Assembly: GCA_963772835.1 (NCBI GenBank)
Contig: CAVYYZ010000003.1
Location: 192,001 to 256,000, forward strand
Direction: 5' to 3'
Source: an uncultured delta proteobacterium
GTDB taxonomy: Bacteria > Desulfobacterota > Desulfuromonadia > Geobacterales > Pseudopelobacteraceae
Length of the DNA stretch: 64,000 bases
Below the pieces are notes generated by a model, which had not been told where the DNA came from, made no database searches, and saw only the letters and a list, made by a program, of their open reading frames with translations. Positions 50,193 to 59,998 of this stretch are shown here, piece after piece (position 1 is the first letter of the stretch; every line of letters starts with the position of its first letter). The position numbers and the translations under genes are program-made.

Positions 50193-53100
50193 ATGAAACA
50201 GCTAATCAAACGGAAAATCGGCCGGATATTATTGGATGGCGGATTTATGTCCAATCGCGAACTCGATCGGGCATTGGTGGAGCAAACGCATACAAAAGAA
50301 CTTTTGGGACATGTTCTGGTCAGGATGGGAGTTGTTAAGGAACGTGATTTCAAGGTGCCGCTCATACTGCAGCGACACCTCAACGATATAGAAGATGCGG
50401 TAAAAATAGCCGCCGGTGAGAGAGAATTGCTGGGTATGCTGCTGGTTCATTCAGGGCATATAACAAAAGAACAGCTTGATCAAGCCATTGCCGAGCAGAA
50501 AAAGAGTGGTCAGAGACTGGGTGAAGTTTTTATTCGTCTCGGGATGTTGCAGGAACGACAGCTCACCGGGCTTTTGGACTTCCAGAGTAAGCAGCAAGAA
50601 CATACACGTAACCCTCTCAGGCTCGGTGAATTACTGGTTGCAACCGGTCATATCTCGAGAAAACAGCTGAATGATGCCATTCTCAAACAGTCAATTACGC
50701 ATAAAAAACTGGGTGAAATTCTGGTTGATGAGGGGTATGTGCGCCCCAGTCTCGTAAAGTACGGCATCTGCATGCAGAAGATGCTTGTCGGTTCAGTGCT
50801 GGCCGGTATCATTTCCCTCGGCGGTGCTTCAAGGGGGTTTGCATCCAGCGTCGTACTTCAATGGGACCCAAGTACCGGGACCGAAGTAACCGGGTATAAG
50901 GTATATACCTCTCCGGGCTCAACTCCGCTCACAGGAAGCGTTCCGATGGACGTTCAGGCTCAGACGACAACAACCATCAGCGGACTTGACCCTACTCAAT
51001 CACATCAGTTTGCCGTTACCGCCTATAATGTCTCAGGGTCGGAGAGTGCGTTCTCGAATGTTGTCTCTATTCCGGAACAGAGTGCGCCGACAGTTAGCAT
51101 CTCGTCTCCGTCGGGCTCAATCAATGTGAGCGGAACAGTATTAATCAGTGTCAATGCCTCGGACAATGTCGGAGTTTCAAAAGTAGAGTTCTATGTCAAT
51201 GGTGTGCTGAAGGCGACGGATACCGCTACACCGTATGTTTATTCATGGGATACAACTACTCTTGCACCGGGTGCCTACACGTTGATGGCCAAGGCGTATG
51301 ACGCTGCAGGAAATATCGGCCAATCAGCCACATCTACCGTTACTGTTGTAAATGATGTCACTCCTCCGACTGTTGCAGTAACTTCACCCGTAAACAATGC
51401 CATTGTGAGCGGGACGGTGATTATTAATTCCAGTGCCAGCGACAATGTCGGCGTAAGTAAAGTTGAGTTTTATGCTAACGGAGTATTTTTATACGCAAGT
51501 AATGTGTCACCATACAGCTTCAGCTGGGATACAAAAGGCGTAGCCAACGGCACTTATACACTTTACGCCAAGGCATACGATAACGTCGGGAACTCGGTGC
51601 AATCGTCCTTTGTGACGGTGACGGTGAATAATAGTATTGTTACCGATACGATCGCACCGACTTTGAGCAGTTTCATCCTACCGGCGACCTCAACATCACT
51701 GACCGTACCGGTTTCCGGCTTTAGCGCAAGCGACAACAGTGCCGTTACCGGCTATATGATCACGGAAAGCTCCACGAAGCCGTCAGCCGTTGCCACCGGC
51801 TGGAGCAGCAGTGCGCCGTCAAGTTTTACCTTCTCGTCCGCCGGTGTAAAAACCGCCTACGCCTGGGCAAAGGATGCCGCCGGAAACGTGTCCAACAGCA
51901 GCTCGGCCTCGGTTACGATAACAGTTGCCAGCCCGGTCATACCTGCGGCAACCACGTTAACCGCCTGGTCCGCCTCAACGGTTCCCGGAATAATTGATTC
52001 GGGCCCGGATGCTGCGGTGGAATTGGGAGTTAAATTCCGCTCCGATGTGGATAGTACCATCACCGGTGTCCGTTTCTATAAGGCCGGCACCAACACCGGC
52101 ACCCATACCGGCAATCTGTGGGACAGTACCGGAAAACTTCTTGCCACTGCGACATTTGCCAACGAAACCGCTTCCGGATGGCAGCAGGTGAACTTCACCA
52201 CCCCTGTGGCCATTACCGCCAATACGGTCTATGTCGCTTCATATCACTCCAATGCGGGGCATTACAGCGATGACCAGAACTTCTTTGCCGGCAAGGGGGT
52301 TGATAACGGTTCACTCCATCTGCTGGCTGACGGTGTGTCCGGCCCGAGCGGCGTCTACATGTACGGAACGGCAAGTAAATTCCCCAACCAGGGGTGGAAC
52401 AGTTCCAACTACTGGGTCGATGTGGTCTGCAGCACTCCGGCCACCGGCACCATAGCACAGCCTGACGTAACCGCCCCGACGCTGAGCAGCTTCACCCTTC
52501 CATCGACAGCAACATCGCTGACCGTCCCGGTTTCCGGCCTGAGCGCAAGCGACAACAGTGCCGTCACCGGCTATATGATCACGGAAAGTTCCACGAAGCC
52601 GTCAGCCGGTGCCACCGGCTGGAGCAGCAGTGCGCCCAGCAGCTTCACCTTCTCGTCTGCCGGCGTAAAAACCGCCTACGCCTGGGCAAAGGATGCCGCC
52701 GGAAACGTATCCAACAGTAGCTCAGCGTCAGTAACCATAACGCTGCCTGACACAATTGCTCCGACGCTGAGCAGCTTCACTCTACCGGCGACCTCAACAT
52801 CACTGACCGTACCGGTTTCCGGCTTTAGCGCAAGCGACAACAGTGCCGTTACCGGCTATATGATCACGGAAAGCTCCACGAAGCCGTCAGCCGGTGCCAC
52901 CGGCTGGAGCAGCAGTGCGCCCAGCAGCTTTACCTTCTCGTCCGCCGGCGTAAAAACCGCCTACGCCTGGGCAAAGGATGCCGCCGGAAACGTGTCCAAC
53001 AGTAGCTCAGCGTCAGTAACCATAACGCTGCCTGACACAATTGCTCCGACGCTGAGCAGCTTCACTCTACCGGCGACCTCAACATCACTGACCGTACCGG

Positions 53101-55208
53101 TTTCCGGCTTTAGCGCAAGCGACAACAGTGCCGTTACCGGCTATATGATCACGGAAAGCTCCACGAAGCCGTCAGCCGTTGCCACCGGCTGGAGCAGCAG
53201 TGCGCCGTCAAGTTTTACCTTCTCGTCCGCCGGTGTAAAAACCGCCTACGCCTGGGCAAAGGATGCCGCCGGAAACGTGTCCAGCAGCCGATCGGCGACG
53301 GTAACGATTACTCAGCCTGACGTAACGGTACCTACAGTTACATTCTCTAACCTAGTCGCTAACTCGATCGTCAGCGGGACGGTTTCAGTCACGGCTTCCG
53401 CTTTTGACAGTGTCGGAGTGAGCAGTGTAGAGTTTTATGTAAATAATATGTTGAATGCGTCCACCACCGCTTCCCCCTATACTTTCAACTGGGACACCGT
53501 TGCCTTTGCCAATGGTCTCTACAGTCTCACCGCCAGAGCCTACGACGCTGCCGGTAATGTAGGCCAATCCGCGTTGGTAACGGTAACCGTAGATAATCCG
53601 GTCATACCTGCGGCAACCACGTTAACCGCCTGGTCCGCCTCAACGGTTCCCGGAATAATTGATTCGGGCCCGGATGCTGCGGTGGAATTGGGAGTTAAAT
53701 TCCGCTCCGATGTGGATAGTACCATCACCGGTGTCCGTTTCTATAAGGCCGGCACCAACACCGGCACCCATACCGGCAATCTGTGGGACAGTACCGGAAA
53801 ACTTCTTGCCACTGCGACATTTGCCAACGAAACCGCTTCCGGATGGCAGCAGGTGAACTTCACCACCCCTGTGGCCATTACCGCCAATACGGTCTATGTC
53901 GCTTCATATCACTCCAATGCGGGGCATTACAGCGATGACCAGAACTTCTTTGCCGGCAAGGGGGTTGATAACGGTTCACTCCATCTGCTGGCTGACGGTG
54001 TGTCCGGCCCGAGCGGCGTCTACATGTACGGAACGGCAAGTAAATTCCCCAACCAGGGGTGGAACAGTTCCAACTACTGGGTCGATGTGGTCTGCAGCAC
54101 TCCGGCCACCGGCACCATAGCACAGCCTGACGTAACCGCCCCGACGCTGAGCAGCTTCACCCTTCCATCGACAGCAACATCGCTGACCGTCCCGGTTTCC
54201 GGCCTGAGCGCAAGCGACAACAGTGCCGTCACCGGCTATATGATCACGGAAAGTTCCACGAAGCCGTCAGCCGGTGCCACCGGCTGGAGCAGCAGTGCGC
54301 CCAGCAGCTTCACCTTCTCGTCTGCCGGCGTAAAAACCGCCTACGCCTGGGCAAAGGATGCCGCCGGAAACGTGTCCAACAGCAGCTCAGCCTCGGTCAC
54401 CATAACACTGCCTGACACAATTGCCCCGACGCTGAGCAGTTTCATTCTACCGGCGACCGCAACATCGCTGACCGTACCGGTTTCCGGCTTTAGCGCAAGC
54501 GACAACAGTGCCGTCACCGGCTATATGATCACGGAAAGTTCCACGAAGCCGTCAGCCGGTGCCACCGGCTGGAGCAGCAGTGCGCCCAGCAGCTTCACCT
54601 TCTCGTCTGCCGGCGTAAAAACCGCCTACGCCTGGGCAAAGGATGCCGCCGGAAACGTGTCCAACAGCAGCTCGGCCTCGGTTACGATAACAGTTGCCAG
54701 CCCGGTCATACCTGCGGCAACCACGTTAACCGCCTGGTCCGCCTCGACGGTTCCCGGAATAATTGATTCGGGCCCGGATGCTGCGGTGGAATTGGGAGTA
54801 AAATTCCGCTCCGACTCCGCCGGCTACATCACCGGTGTCCGCTTCTATAAGGCCGGCACCAACACCGGCACCCATACCGGCAATCTGTGGGACAGCACCG
54901 GAAAACTTCTTGCCACGGCAACATTTGCCAACGAAACAGCCTCCGGCTGGCAGCAGGTGAACTTCACCACTCCTGTGGCCATTGCCGCCAATACGGTCTA
55001 TGTTGCTTCATATCATTCCAATGCAGGACATTACAGCGATGACCAGAACTTCTTTGCCGGCAAGGGGGTTGATAACGGTTCACTTCATCTGCTGGCTGAC
55101 GGTGTATCCGGCCCGAGCGGCGTCTACATGTACGGAACGGCAAGTAAATTTCCCAGCCAGGGGTGGAACAGCTCCAACTACTGGGTCGATGTGGTCTTTA
55201 ATAAATAG
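50193..55208 (+). CDS. 3x MshEN domain + internal signal/TM segment + FN3, Ig-like, 95-aa repeats and 3x DUF4082 adhesin-like protein
   Basis: Three 24+5+24 MshEN-type repeats (aa 8-195), hydrophobic aa 197-211, FN3 (LQWDP..GYKVY..AVTAYN), Ig blocks (DNVGVSKVEFY..AYDAAGN), DUF4082 blocks. Confidence 0.85.
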   Translation: MKQLIKRKIGRILLDGGFMSNRELDRALVEQTHTKELLGHVLVRMGVVKERDFKVPLILQRHLNDIEDAVKIAAGERELLGMLLVHSGHITKEQLDQAIAEQKKSGQRLGEVFIRLGMLQERQLTGLLDFQSKQQEHTRNPLRLGELLVATGHISRKQLNDAILKQSITHKKLGEILVDEGYVRPSLVKYGICMQKMLVGSVLAGIISLGGASRGFASSVVLQWDPSTGTEVTGYKVYTSPGSTPLTGSVPMDVQAQTTTTISGLDPTQSHQFAVTAYNVSGSESAFSNVVSIPEQSAPTVSISSPSGSINVSGTVLISVNASDNVGVSKVEFYVNGVLKATDTATPYVYSWDTTTLAPGAYTLMAKAYDAAGNIGQSATSTVTVVNDVTPPTVAVTSPVNNAIVSGTVIINSSASDNVGVSKVEFYANGVFLYASNVSPYSFSWDTKGVANGTYTLYAKAYDNVGNSVQSSFVTVTVNNSIVTDTIAPTLSSFILPATSTSLTVPVSGFSASDNSAVTGYMITESSTKPSAVATGWSSSAPSSFTFSSAGVKTAYAWAKDAAGNVSNSSSASVTITVASPVIPAATTLTAWSASTVPGIIDSGPDAAVELGVKFRSDVDSTITGVRFYKAGTNTGTHTGNLWDSTGKLLATATFANETASGWQQVNFTTPVAITANTVYVASYHSNAGHYSDDQNFFAGKGVDNGSLHLLADGVSGPSGVYMYGTASKFPNQGWNSSNYWVDVVCSTPATGTIAQPDVTAPTLSSFTLPSTATSLTVPVSGLSASDNSAVTGYMITESSTKPSAGATGWSSSAPSSFTFSSAGVKTAYAWAKDAAGNVSNSSSASVTITLPDTIAPTLSSFTLPATSTSLTVPVSGFSASDNSAVTGYMITESSTKPSAGATGWSSSAPSSFTFSSAGVKTAYAWAKDAAGNVSNSSSASVTITLPDTIAPTLSSFTLPATSTSLTVPVSGFSASDNSAVTGYMITESSTKPSAVATGWSSSAPSSFTFSSAGVKTAYAWAKDAAGNVSSSRSATVTITQPDVTVPTVTFSNLVANSIVSGTVSVTASAFDSVGVSSVEFYVNNMLNASTTASPYTFNWDTVAFANGLYSLTARAYDAAGNVGQSALVTVTVDNPVIPAATTLTAWSASTVPGIIDSGPDAAVELGVKFRSDVDSTITGVRFYKAGTNTGTHTGNLWDSTGKLLATATFANETASGWQQVNFTTPVAITANTVYVASYHSNAGHYSDDQNFFAGKGVDNGSLHLLADGVSGPSGVYMYGTASKFPNQGWNSSNYWVDVVCSTPATGTIAQPDVTAPTLSSFTLPSTATSLTVPVSGLSASDNSAVTGYMITESSTKPSAGATGWSSSAPSSFTFSSAGVKTAYAWAKDAAGNVSNSSSASVTITLPDTIAPTLSSFILPATATSLTVPVSGFSASDNSAVTGYMITESSTKPSAGATGWSSSAPSSFTFSSAGVKTAYAWAKDAAGNVSNSSSASVTITVASPVIPAATTLTAWSASTVPGIIDSGPDAAVELGVKFRSDSAGYITGVRFYKAGTNTGTHTGNLWDSTGKLLATATFANETASGWQQVNFTTPVAIAANTVYVASYHSNAGHYSDDQNFFAGKGVDNGSLHLLADGVSGPSGVYMYGTASKFPSQGWNSSNYWVDVVFNK
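51933..54373 (+). repeat. Intragenic direct repeats: ~775-bp duplication (offset 1665 bp) plus 285-bp tandem units
   Basis: 51933-52708 matches 53598-54373 (identical shadow ORFs at 51994/53659 and 52231/53896); 285-bp period seen at 52741/53026. Confidence 0.9.
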
Positions 55209-55334
55209 AATAATCTAGTTATTAATCTCTAAAAAATAGCGTTAACTTGATAAATTATTTTAAGATGGTAGACTCAGACCGTTATGAATTAGTAATAACC
55301 GGTTCATGAATCTCATGAATAAACGGAATCTACC

Positions 55335-56528
55335 ATGCCGGAAAAAATGACGGGCTCATCTCTGACTGAACAGGATTACATTCTCCGCGCGAAGCAGGAG
55401 TGGGAGCATACTTTTGATGCAGTGTCAGATCTGATTTTTATAGTAGATAACGACCACTCCATTGTTCGTGCCAATCGTTCAATGGTTGATCGAATGAGTT
55501 GTACATATAAAGATATCGTGGGACGTAAATGTTTTGAAGTAATGCATGACACACATTCAGCTCCAGCCTATTGCCCGCACGCCAGACTCTTGGAAAGCGG
55601 AGAACCTCAAACAGCAGAGTATACAGTCGAAAAATTCCACGGAATTTTTGAAGTTACCATGTCTCCGATGTTTAATCATGAGGACCGGTTAACCGCTTGT
55701 GTTCATGTCGCCCGGGATATCACGGAGAAAAAACAGCATGAAGAATTACTGGCGGTGCAAAAAAAACAACTTGATGAGATAAACCGCTCTCTTGAATCCC
55801 GCATTGAATCCGCTGTTTCCGAACTGCGCAATAAAGACGACCTCCTTATACAGGAAAGCCGTTTGACATCCATGGGTGAAATGATCAGCAACATTGCCCA
55901 TCAGTGGCGTCAACCCCTCAACAATATCGGACTGATAGTTCAGGGATTGCAGCTTGCTATAAAATCAAACGAGCTCACTGTACAGGAACTGGATGATGAT
56001 ATTGCCGAAACCATGAACAACCTCCAGCAGATTTCTGAGACCATTGACGATTTTCGCAACTTTTTCAGTTACGAGGAAGATGCAAAAACAATGATGATCA
56101 ACGAAATCATGTCCCGCCTGCTTTCATTCATAGAGCCATCGCTGAAAAGAATAGGGATAAGTGTGGAACTGGAAAATGAACCTGAGGTAACTGCAGAGGG
56201 TTATCCAAACGAATACATGCAGGCTGTTCTCAATATCATGCTGAATGCAAGAGATGTGATGCTGGATAATCAAGTGGAACAGCCGCTGATACATGTCCGT
56301 ATTTTTCAGGAAAACGGTCATTCGGTCGTAACTGTTTGTGATAACGGAGGCGGCATTAATGAAGATGTCCTTCCGAAAATATTTGATCCCTATTTCACAA
56401 CCAAGGAACAGAAGACTGGATCAGGTATCGGCCTGTATATGGCCAAAATGATAGTTGAAAAGAAAATGCACGGCAGTCTGACCGCACGCAACGTGAACGG
56501 CGGGGCCGAGTTCAGGATCGAGGTGTAG
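55335..56528 (+). CDS. PAS-domain sensor histidine kinase
   Basis: PAS (WEHTFDAVSD...ARDIT), H-box IAHQWRQPL, NARD, DNGGGI, FDPYFTTK, GSGIGL. Confidence 0.92.
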   Translation: MPEKMTGSSLTEQDYILRAKQEWEHTFDAVSDLIFIVDNDHSIVRANRSMVDRMSCTYKDIVGRKCFEVMHDTHSAPAYCPHARLLESGEPQTAEYTVEKFHGIFEVTMSPMFNHEDRLTACVHVARDITEKKQHEELLAVQKKQLDEINRSLESRIESAVSELRNKDDLLIQESRLTSMGEMISNIAHQWRQPLNNIGLIVQGLQLAIKSNELTVQELDDDIAETMNNLQQISETIDDFRNFFSYEEDAKTMMINEIMSRLLSFIEPSLKRIGISVELENEPEVTAEGYPNEYMQAVLNIMLNARDVMLDNQVEQPLIHVRIFQENGHSVVTVCDNGGGINEDVLPKIFDPYFTTKEQKTGSGIGLYMAKMIVEKKMHGSLTARNVNGGAEFRIEV

Positions 56529-56646
56529 CCTAATGAATCCGCGATTATTCATTCTTTTGGCACCCGGGGTTTTGCAATAACAACGTCACAAATTGTCACC
56601 GTGCATTGCAGCGGATAGGTAATGTTCGGGTACTGCCACTTTCGGC

Positions 56647-59259
56647 TTGAATGACAGTATGAGGTCCGCCACTATGACAGATACACTCATCGGATCAGAG
56701 CAGGAACTCCGCCAAAGAGCCGAGGAAAAGCTCAACGCACGCGCAGACAAATTTGTGGAACCGCATTCACGTGAGAAAACAGAAGAATTCATCCATGAAT
56801 TGCGGGTGCACCAGATTGAACTGGAGATGCAGAACGAGGATTTGCGGCGTGCCCAGAACGAAATAGCTTCTGTTTCGGCCCTTTACTTCGATCTGTATGA
56901 TCTGGCACCGGTCGGTTTTCTGACATTCAACAAAAACGGATTGATCCAGAAGGCAAACCTTGCCGCAGCAACCATGCTCGGTGTAGTACGAATGGTTTTG
57001 ATCAAAAATCTGATGTCCCGCTTCATCTTTCCCATAGACGAGGAAATATACACACGGCACCGCAATCTGGTTATTGAAACCGGAGATGTTCAATCCTGGG
57101 ATATGCGCCTGATACGTGCCGATGGCACACCTTTCTGGGTGCATATGCAGGCCTCTCCAGCAAAAAACGGCGAATATCTGGTTACCTTCAACGATATTAC
57201 CGATCAAAAACTTCAAGAGGAGGTCCTGCAGTCGCGACTCAGAATAAGTGATTACGTACACAACCACACACTTGACGAGCTATTGGAAAAAGTTCTGGAC
57301 GAAGCAGAAAATCTGAGCGGCAGTCAGATCAGTTTTTTTCATTTTGTCGATTCTGATCAGGTGACACTTACTCTGCAGACATGGTCGGTCAATACACTGG
57401 CAATCTTATGTACATCTGAAGGTAAGGGTCGTCATTACCCGCTCAGTAGTGCCGGGGTGTGGGCCGACTGTATCCGTGAAAAACGCCCGGTGATCCACAA
57501 TAACTATGAGGCTCTGCCCAATCGCAAGGGATTGCCGCCGGGACATGCTCCGGTACAGAGGGAACTTGTTGTGCCTATTTCCCGTAACGACCTGATTGTC
57601 GCGGTGATTGGAGTAGGAAACAAAACAACCGATTACACCGAACAGGACTTGGTAACCGTCCAGAATCTGGCAAATCTGGCCTGGGATATTGTTAAACGCA
57701 AACGCGCGGAAGAATCTCTGCGATCCACAGAAAAAAAGTTCAGCTGGTTATTCGAAAGCATGACGGATGCCTATGTGAGTGTTGATTTGGAAGGGCTGAT
57801 CGTCGAATCAAACGCCGCATTTCAAAATATGACCGGATATAGTCCGGAAGAGTTGCAGTCACTTACCTATATGCAGTTGACACCCGATACATGGCATACA
57901 TATGAAGCAGAAATCATTGAGCGGCAGGTCTTGGCACGAGGTAATTCAGATGTTTACGAAAAAGAATACAAAAGAAGAGACGGCAGCATAATCGATGTGG
58001 AATTGAAGACGTATCTTTTAACAGATGATGACGGCAAACCGGCTGGTATGTGGGCCATTATTCGTGACATTACCGATCGTAAACGGAAAGAAAAGGAGTT
58101 TTTGAAGGCCAAGGAGGCTGCCGAAGCCGCTAACATTGCCAAGTCCGATTTTTTGGCTACCATAAGCCACGAGATACGTACTCCGCTGAGTGCCATGCTG
58201 GGGAATATTGATCTGTTGGAGAATTCTTCTCCTGCACCGCAACAGCAGGAATATCTGAAAGACTGCAAGTTTGCTTCGCAGATGCTGCTTCAGGTCATAA
58301 ATGATGTCCTCGATTTTTCAAAAATTGAGGCAGGCAAACTTGAACTGGTCTATGAAACGTTTTCCATAACTGCACTCAGCACTCAATTGGCAAGAATATT
58401 CAAAGCAAGTGCCCTCCAAAAGGGGCTTGAACTCACCGTTTCACTTGCAGATGATCTCCCTGAATATATATACAGCGATCTGAAACGGTTACGTCAAATT
58501 ATCTCTAATTTGATCAATAACGCCATTAAGTTCACTAATTTTGGCTCTGTTTCCCTGAAAATTGTTCGTGATCAAGAGGCCATACTGGGCCAGGATAAGG
58601 CCGTTCTTCGAATTGAAATTAGCGATACCGGTATAGGCATTTCTCCAGAAAATCAAGTTTGTATATTCGAAAGTTTTACCCAGATTGAAAGATTCAGCAC
58701 CCGCAGCGTGACAGGAACCGGATTGGGCCTTGCCATTTGTCGGCGTCTGCTGGCTTTGATGGGAGGCAGTATTTCAATTTCAAGTATCCCGGACATGGGT
58801 TCTACCTTTACTGTTGTACTCCCGGTTACCGTAGTCAAGGCTCAGGCTCAGGCTCAGGCTCAGGCTCTAATCCTGACCTCTCCCCGAAAAATATTACTTG
58901 CCGATGATGATGGACGGGGGAGGACAGTTGCGCAAAAACTGCTTCAACGCCGGGGATATCAGGTGACAGCGGTAGAAAACGGAACCGACCTGCTTGATGC
59001 ATTGCAGAACGAGGATTTCGATCTTGTAATAACTGACATTTCTATGCCGGACATGGAAGGCACCAGGGTAGCCCAGATTATCCGTTCAGGAGAAAGGGAG
59101 GGGATCAATAAACATATCCCGATAATAGCAATGACTGCCCATGCTTTTTCGGATGACCGTACGCGTTTTCTATCTGCAGGTATCAACGGCTATGTAGCGA
59201 AACCGGTCAACCTTGACGATTTGTTCCGGCAGATAGAAGAACTGTGCAAAGACGGGTAA
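56647..59259 (+). CDS. PAS-GAF-PAS hybrid histidine kinase with receiver domain
   Basis: ELRVHQIELEMQNE coiled coil, GAF, SHEIRTPL, NNAIKFT, DTGIGI, GTGLGL, receiver LADDD..DISMP..KP; start uncertain. Confidence 0.93.
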   Translation: MNDSMRSATMTDTLIGSEQELRQRAEEKLNARADKFVEPHSREKTEEFIHELRVHQIELEMQNEDLRRAQNEIASVSALYFDLYDLAPVGFLTFNKNGLIQKANLAAATMLGVVRMVLIKNLMSRFIFPIDEEIYTRHRNLVIETGDVQSWDMRLIRADGTPFWVHMQASPAKNGEYLVTFNDITDQKLQEEVLQSRLRISDYVHNHTLDELLEKVLDEAENLSGSQISFFHFVDSDQVTLTLQTWSVNTLAILCTSEGKGRHYPLSSAGVWADCIREKRPVIHNNYEALPNRKGLPPGHAPVQRELVVPISRNDLIVAVIGVGNKTTDYTEQDLVTVQNLANLAWDIVKRKRAEESLRSTEKKFSWLFESMTDAYVSVDLEGLIVESNAAFQNMTGYSPEELQSLTYMQLTPDTWHTYEAEIIERQVLARGNSDVYEKEYKRRDGSIIDVELKTYLLTDDDGKPAGMWAIIRDITDRKRKEKEFLKAKEAAEAANIAKSDFLATISHEIRTPLSAMLGNIDLLENSSPAPQQQEYLKDCKFASQMLLQVINDVLDFSKIEAGKLELVYETFSITALSTQLARIFKASALQKGLELTVSLADDLPEYIYSDLKRLRQIISNLINNAIKFTNFGSVSLKIVRDQEAILGQDKAVLRIEISDTGIGISPENQVCIFESFTQIERFSTRSVTGTGLGLAICRRLLALMGGSISISSIPDMGSTFTVVLPVTVVKAQAQAQAQALILTSPRKILLADDDGRGRTVAQKLLQRRGYQVTAVENGTDLLDALQNEDFDLVITDISMPDMEGTRVAQIIRSGEREGINKHIPIIAMTAHAFSDDRTRFLSAGINGYVAKPVNLDDLFRQIEELCKDG
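58838..58867 (+). repeat. (AGGCTC)5 in-frame hexamer repeat
   Basis: Encodes the AQAQAQAQA linker between HATPase and receiver. Confidence 0.9.
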
Positions 59260-59628
59260 GGATAAGTGATTTTTTATGATCCGATTCAGTTGTGATATTC
59301 AGGCCAAATCCCTCTCAATTGATAATGATTAAACTGGAGGCCTTGTCGGCTCTTTCATCCGGAAACCTGCTGAGACCACCGATACAGAATATTCAATGTT
59401 ACATATCGGGCATCAGGTAAAAAAACTACCCTTCTGTAACCTCCCGCTATCAGCCATATATCTTCCTGAACATTAAATAATTACCCCGAAATACAAAAAA
59501 CCTTATTACGGCTCAAATTTTGATTAATGTAACTGTCCGTAATCATGGTTTAATTATAATAAATATCTTGGCATGTCTTGTGTAATACACCACTAGATTA
59601 AATAATTGATCTGATGGGGGAGGTGTGC

Positions 59629-59955
59629 ATGGCTATTCACATATCAGGCACAGAGGCGTATTTGGATGGTGACTGGACGATCTCCGGAGTAACCCGGAAT
59701 CTGGAATCACTGTCACTTTCTTTACAGCAGATACAGCATGGAAGTGAAAAAAAACTCCGGATTGACTGCGGACAGATGAAAGAAACGGACATAAGCGGGC
59801 TGCAGCTTCTAAATGTGTGGATGCAGTGTGCCCGATTCCGGGGAGTGGAACCATCACTCGTCAATGTACCCGAAAGACTGCAACACGTGATGCAGGTTCT
59901 TGTCGAGCCATGCGTGTATGATACATGCCCAGATGCCGCTATGCTTGCCGGGTAA
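59629..59955 (+). CDS. STAS domain protein
   Basis: LDGDWT, IDCGQMKETDISGLQLL, LVNVP; RBS GGGGAGG. Confidence 0.8.
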   Translation: MAIHISGTEAYLDGDWTISGVTRNLESLSLSLQQIQHGSEKKLRIDCGQMKETDISGLQLLNVWMQCARFRGVEPSLVNVPERLQHVMQVLVEPCVYDTCPDAAMLAG

Positions 59956-59998
59956 TATCCGCTCTCGAATCCGCTCGTAAGGGCTCGTAAGGAGTTCT

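Noticed and set aside
51640..55205. Possible CRISPR array or DGR template/variable repeats
   Set aside because: Repeats are long, in-frame coding units without spacers or adenine-specific mismatches; no cas or reverse transcriptase gene in the window
10503..55208. PEP-CTERM, LPXTG or autotransporter anchors on the large secreted proteins
   Set aside because: None ends in a sorting motif plus TM plus basic tail or a beta-barrel; three end directly in a DUF4082 strand
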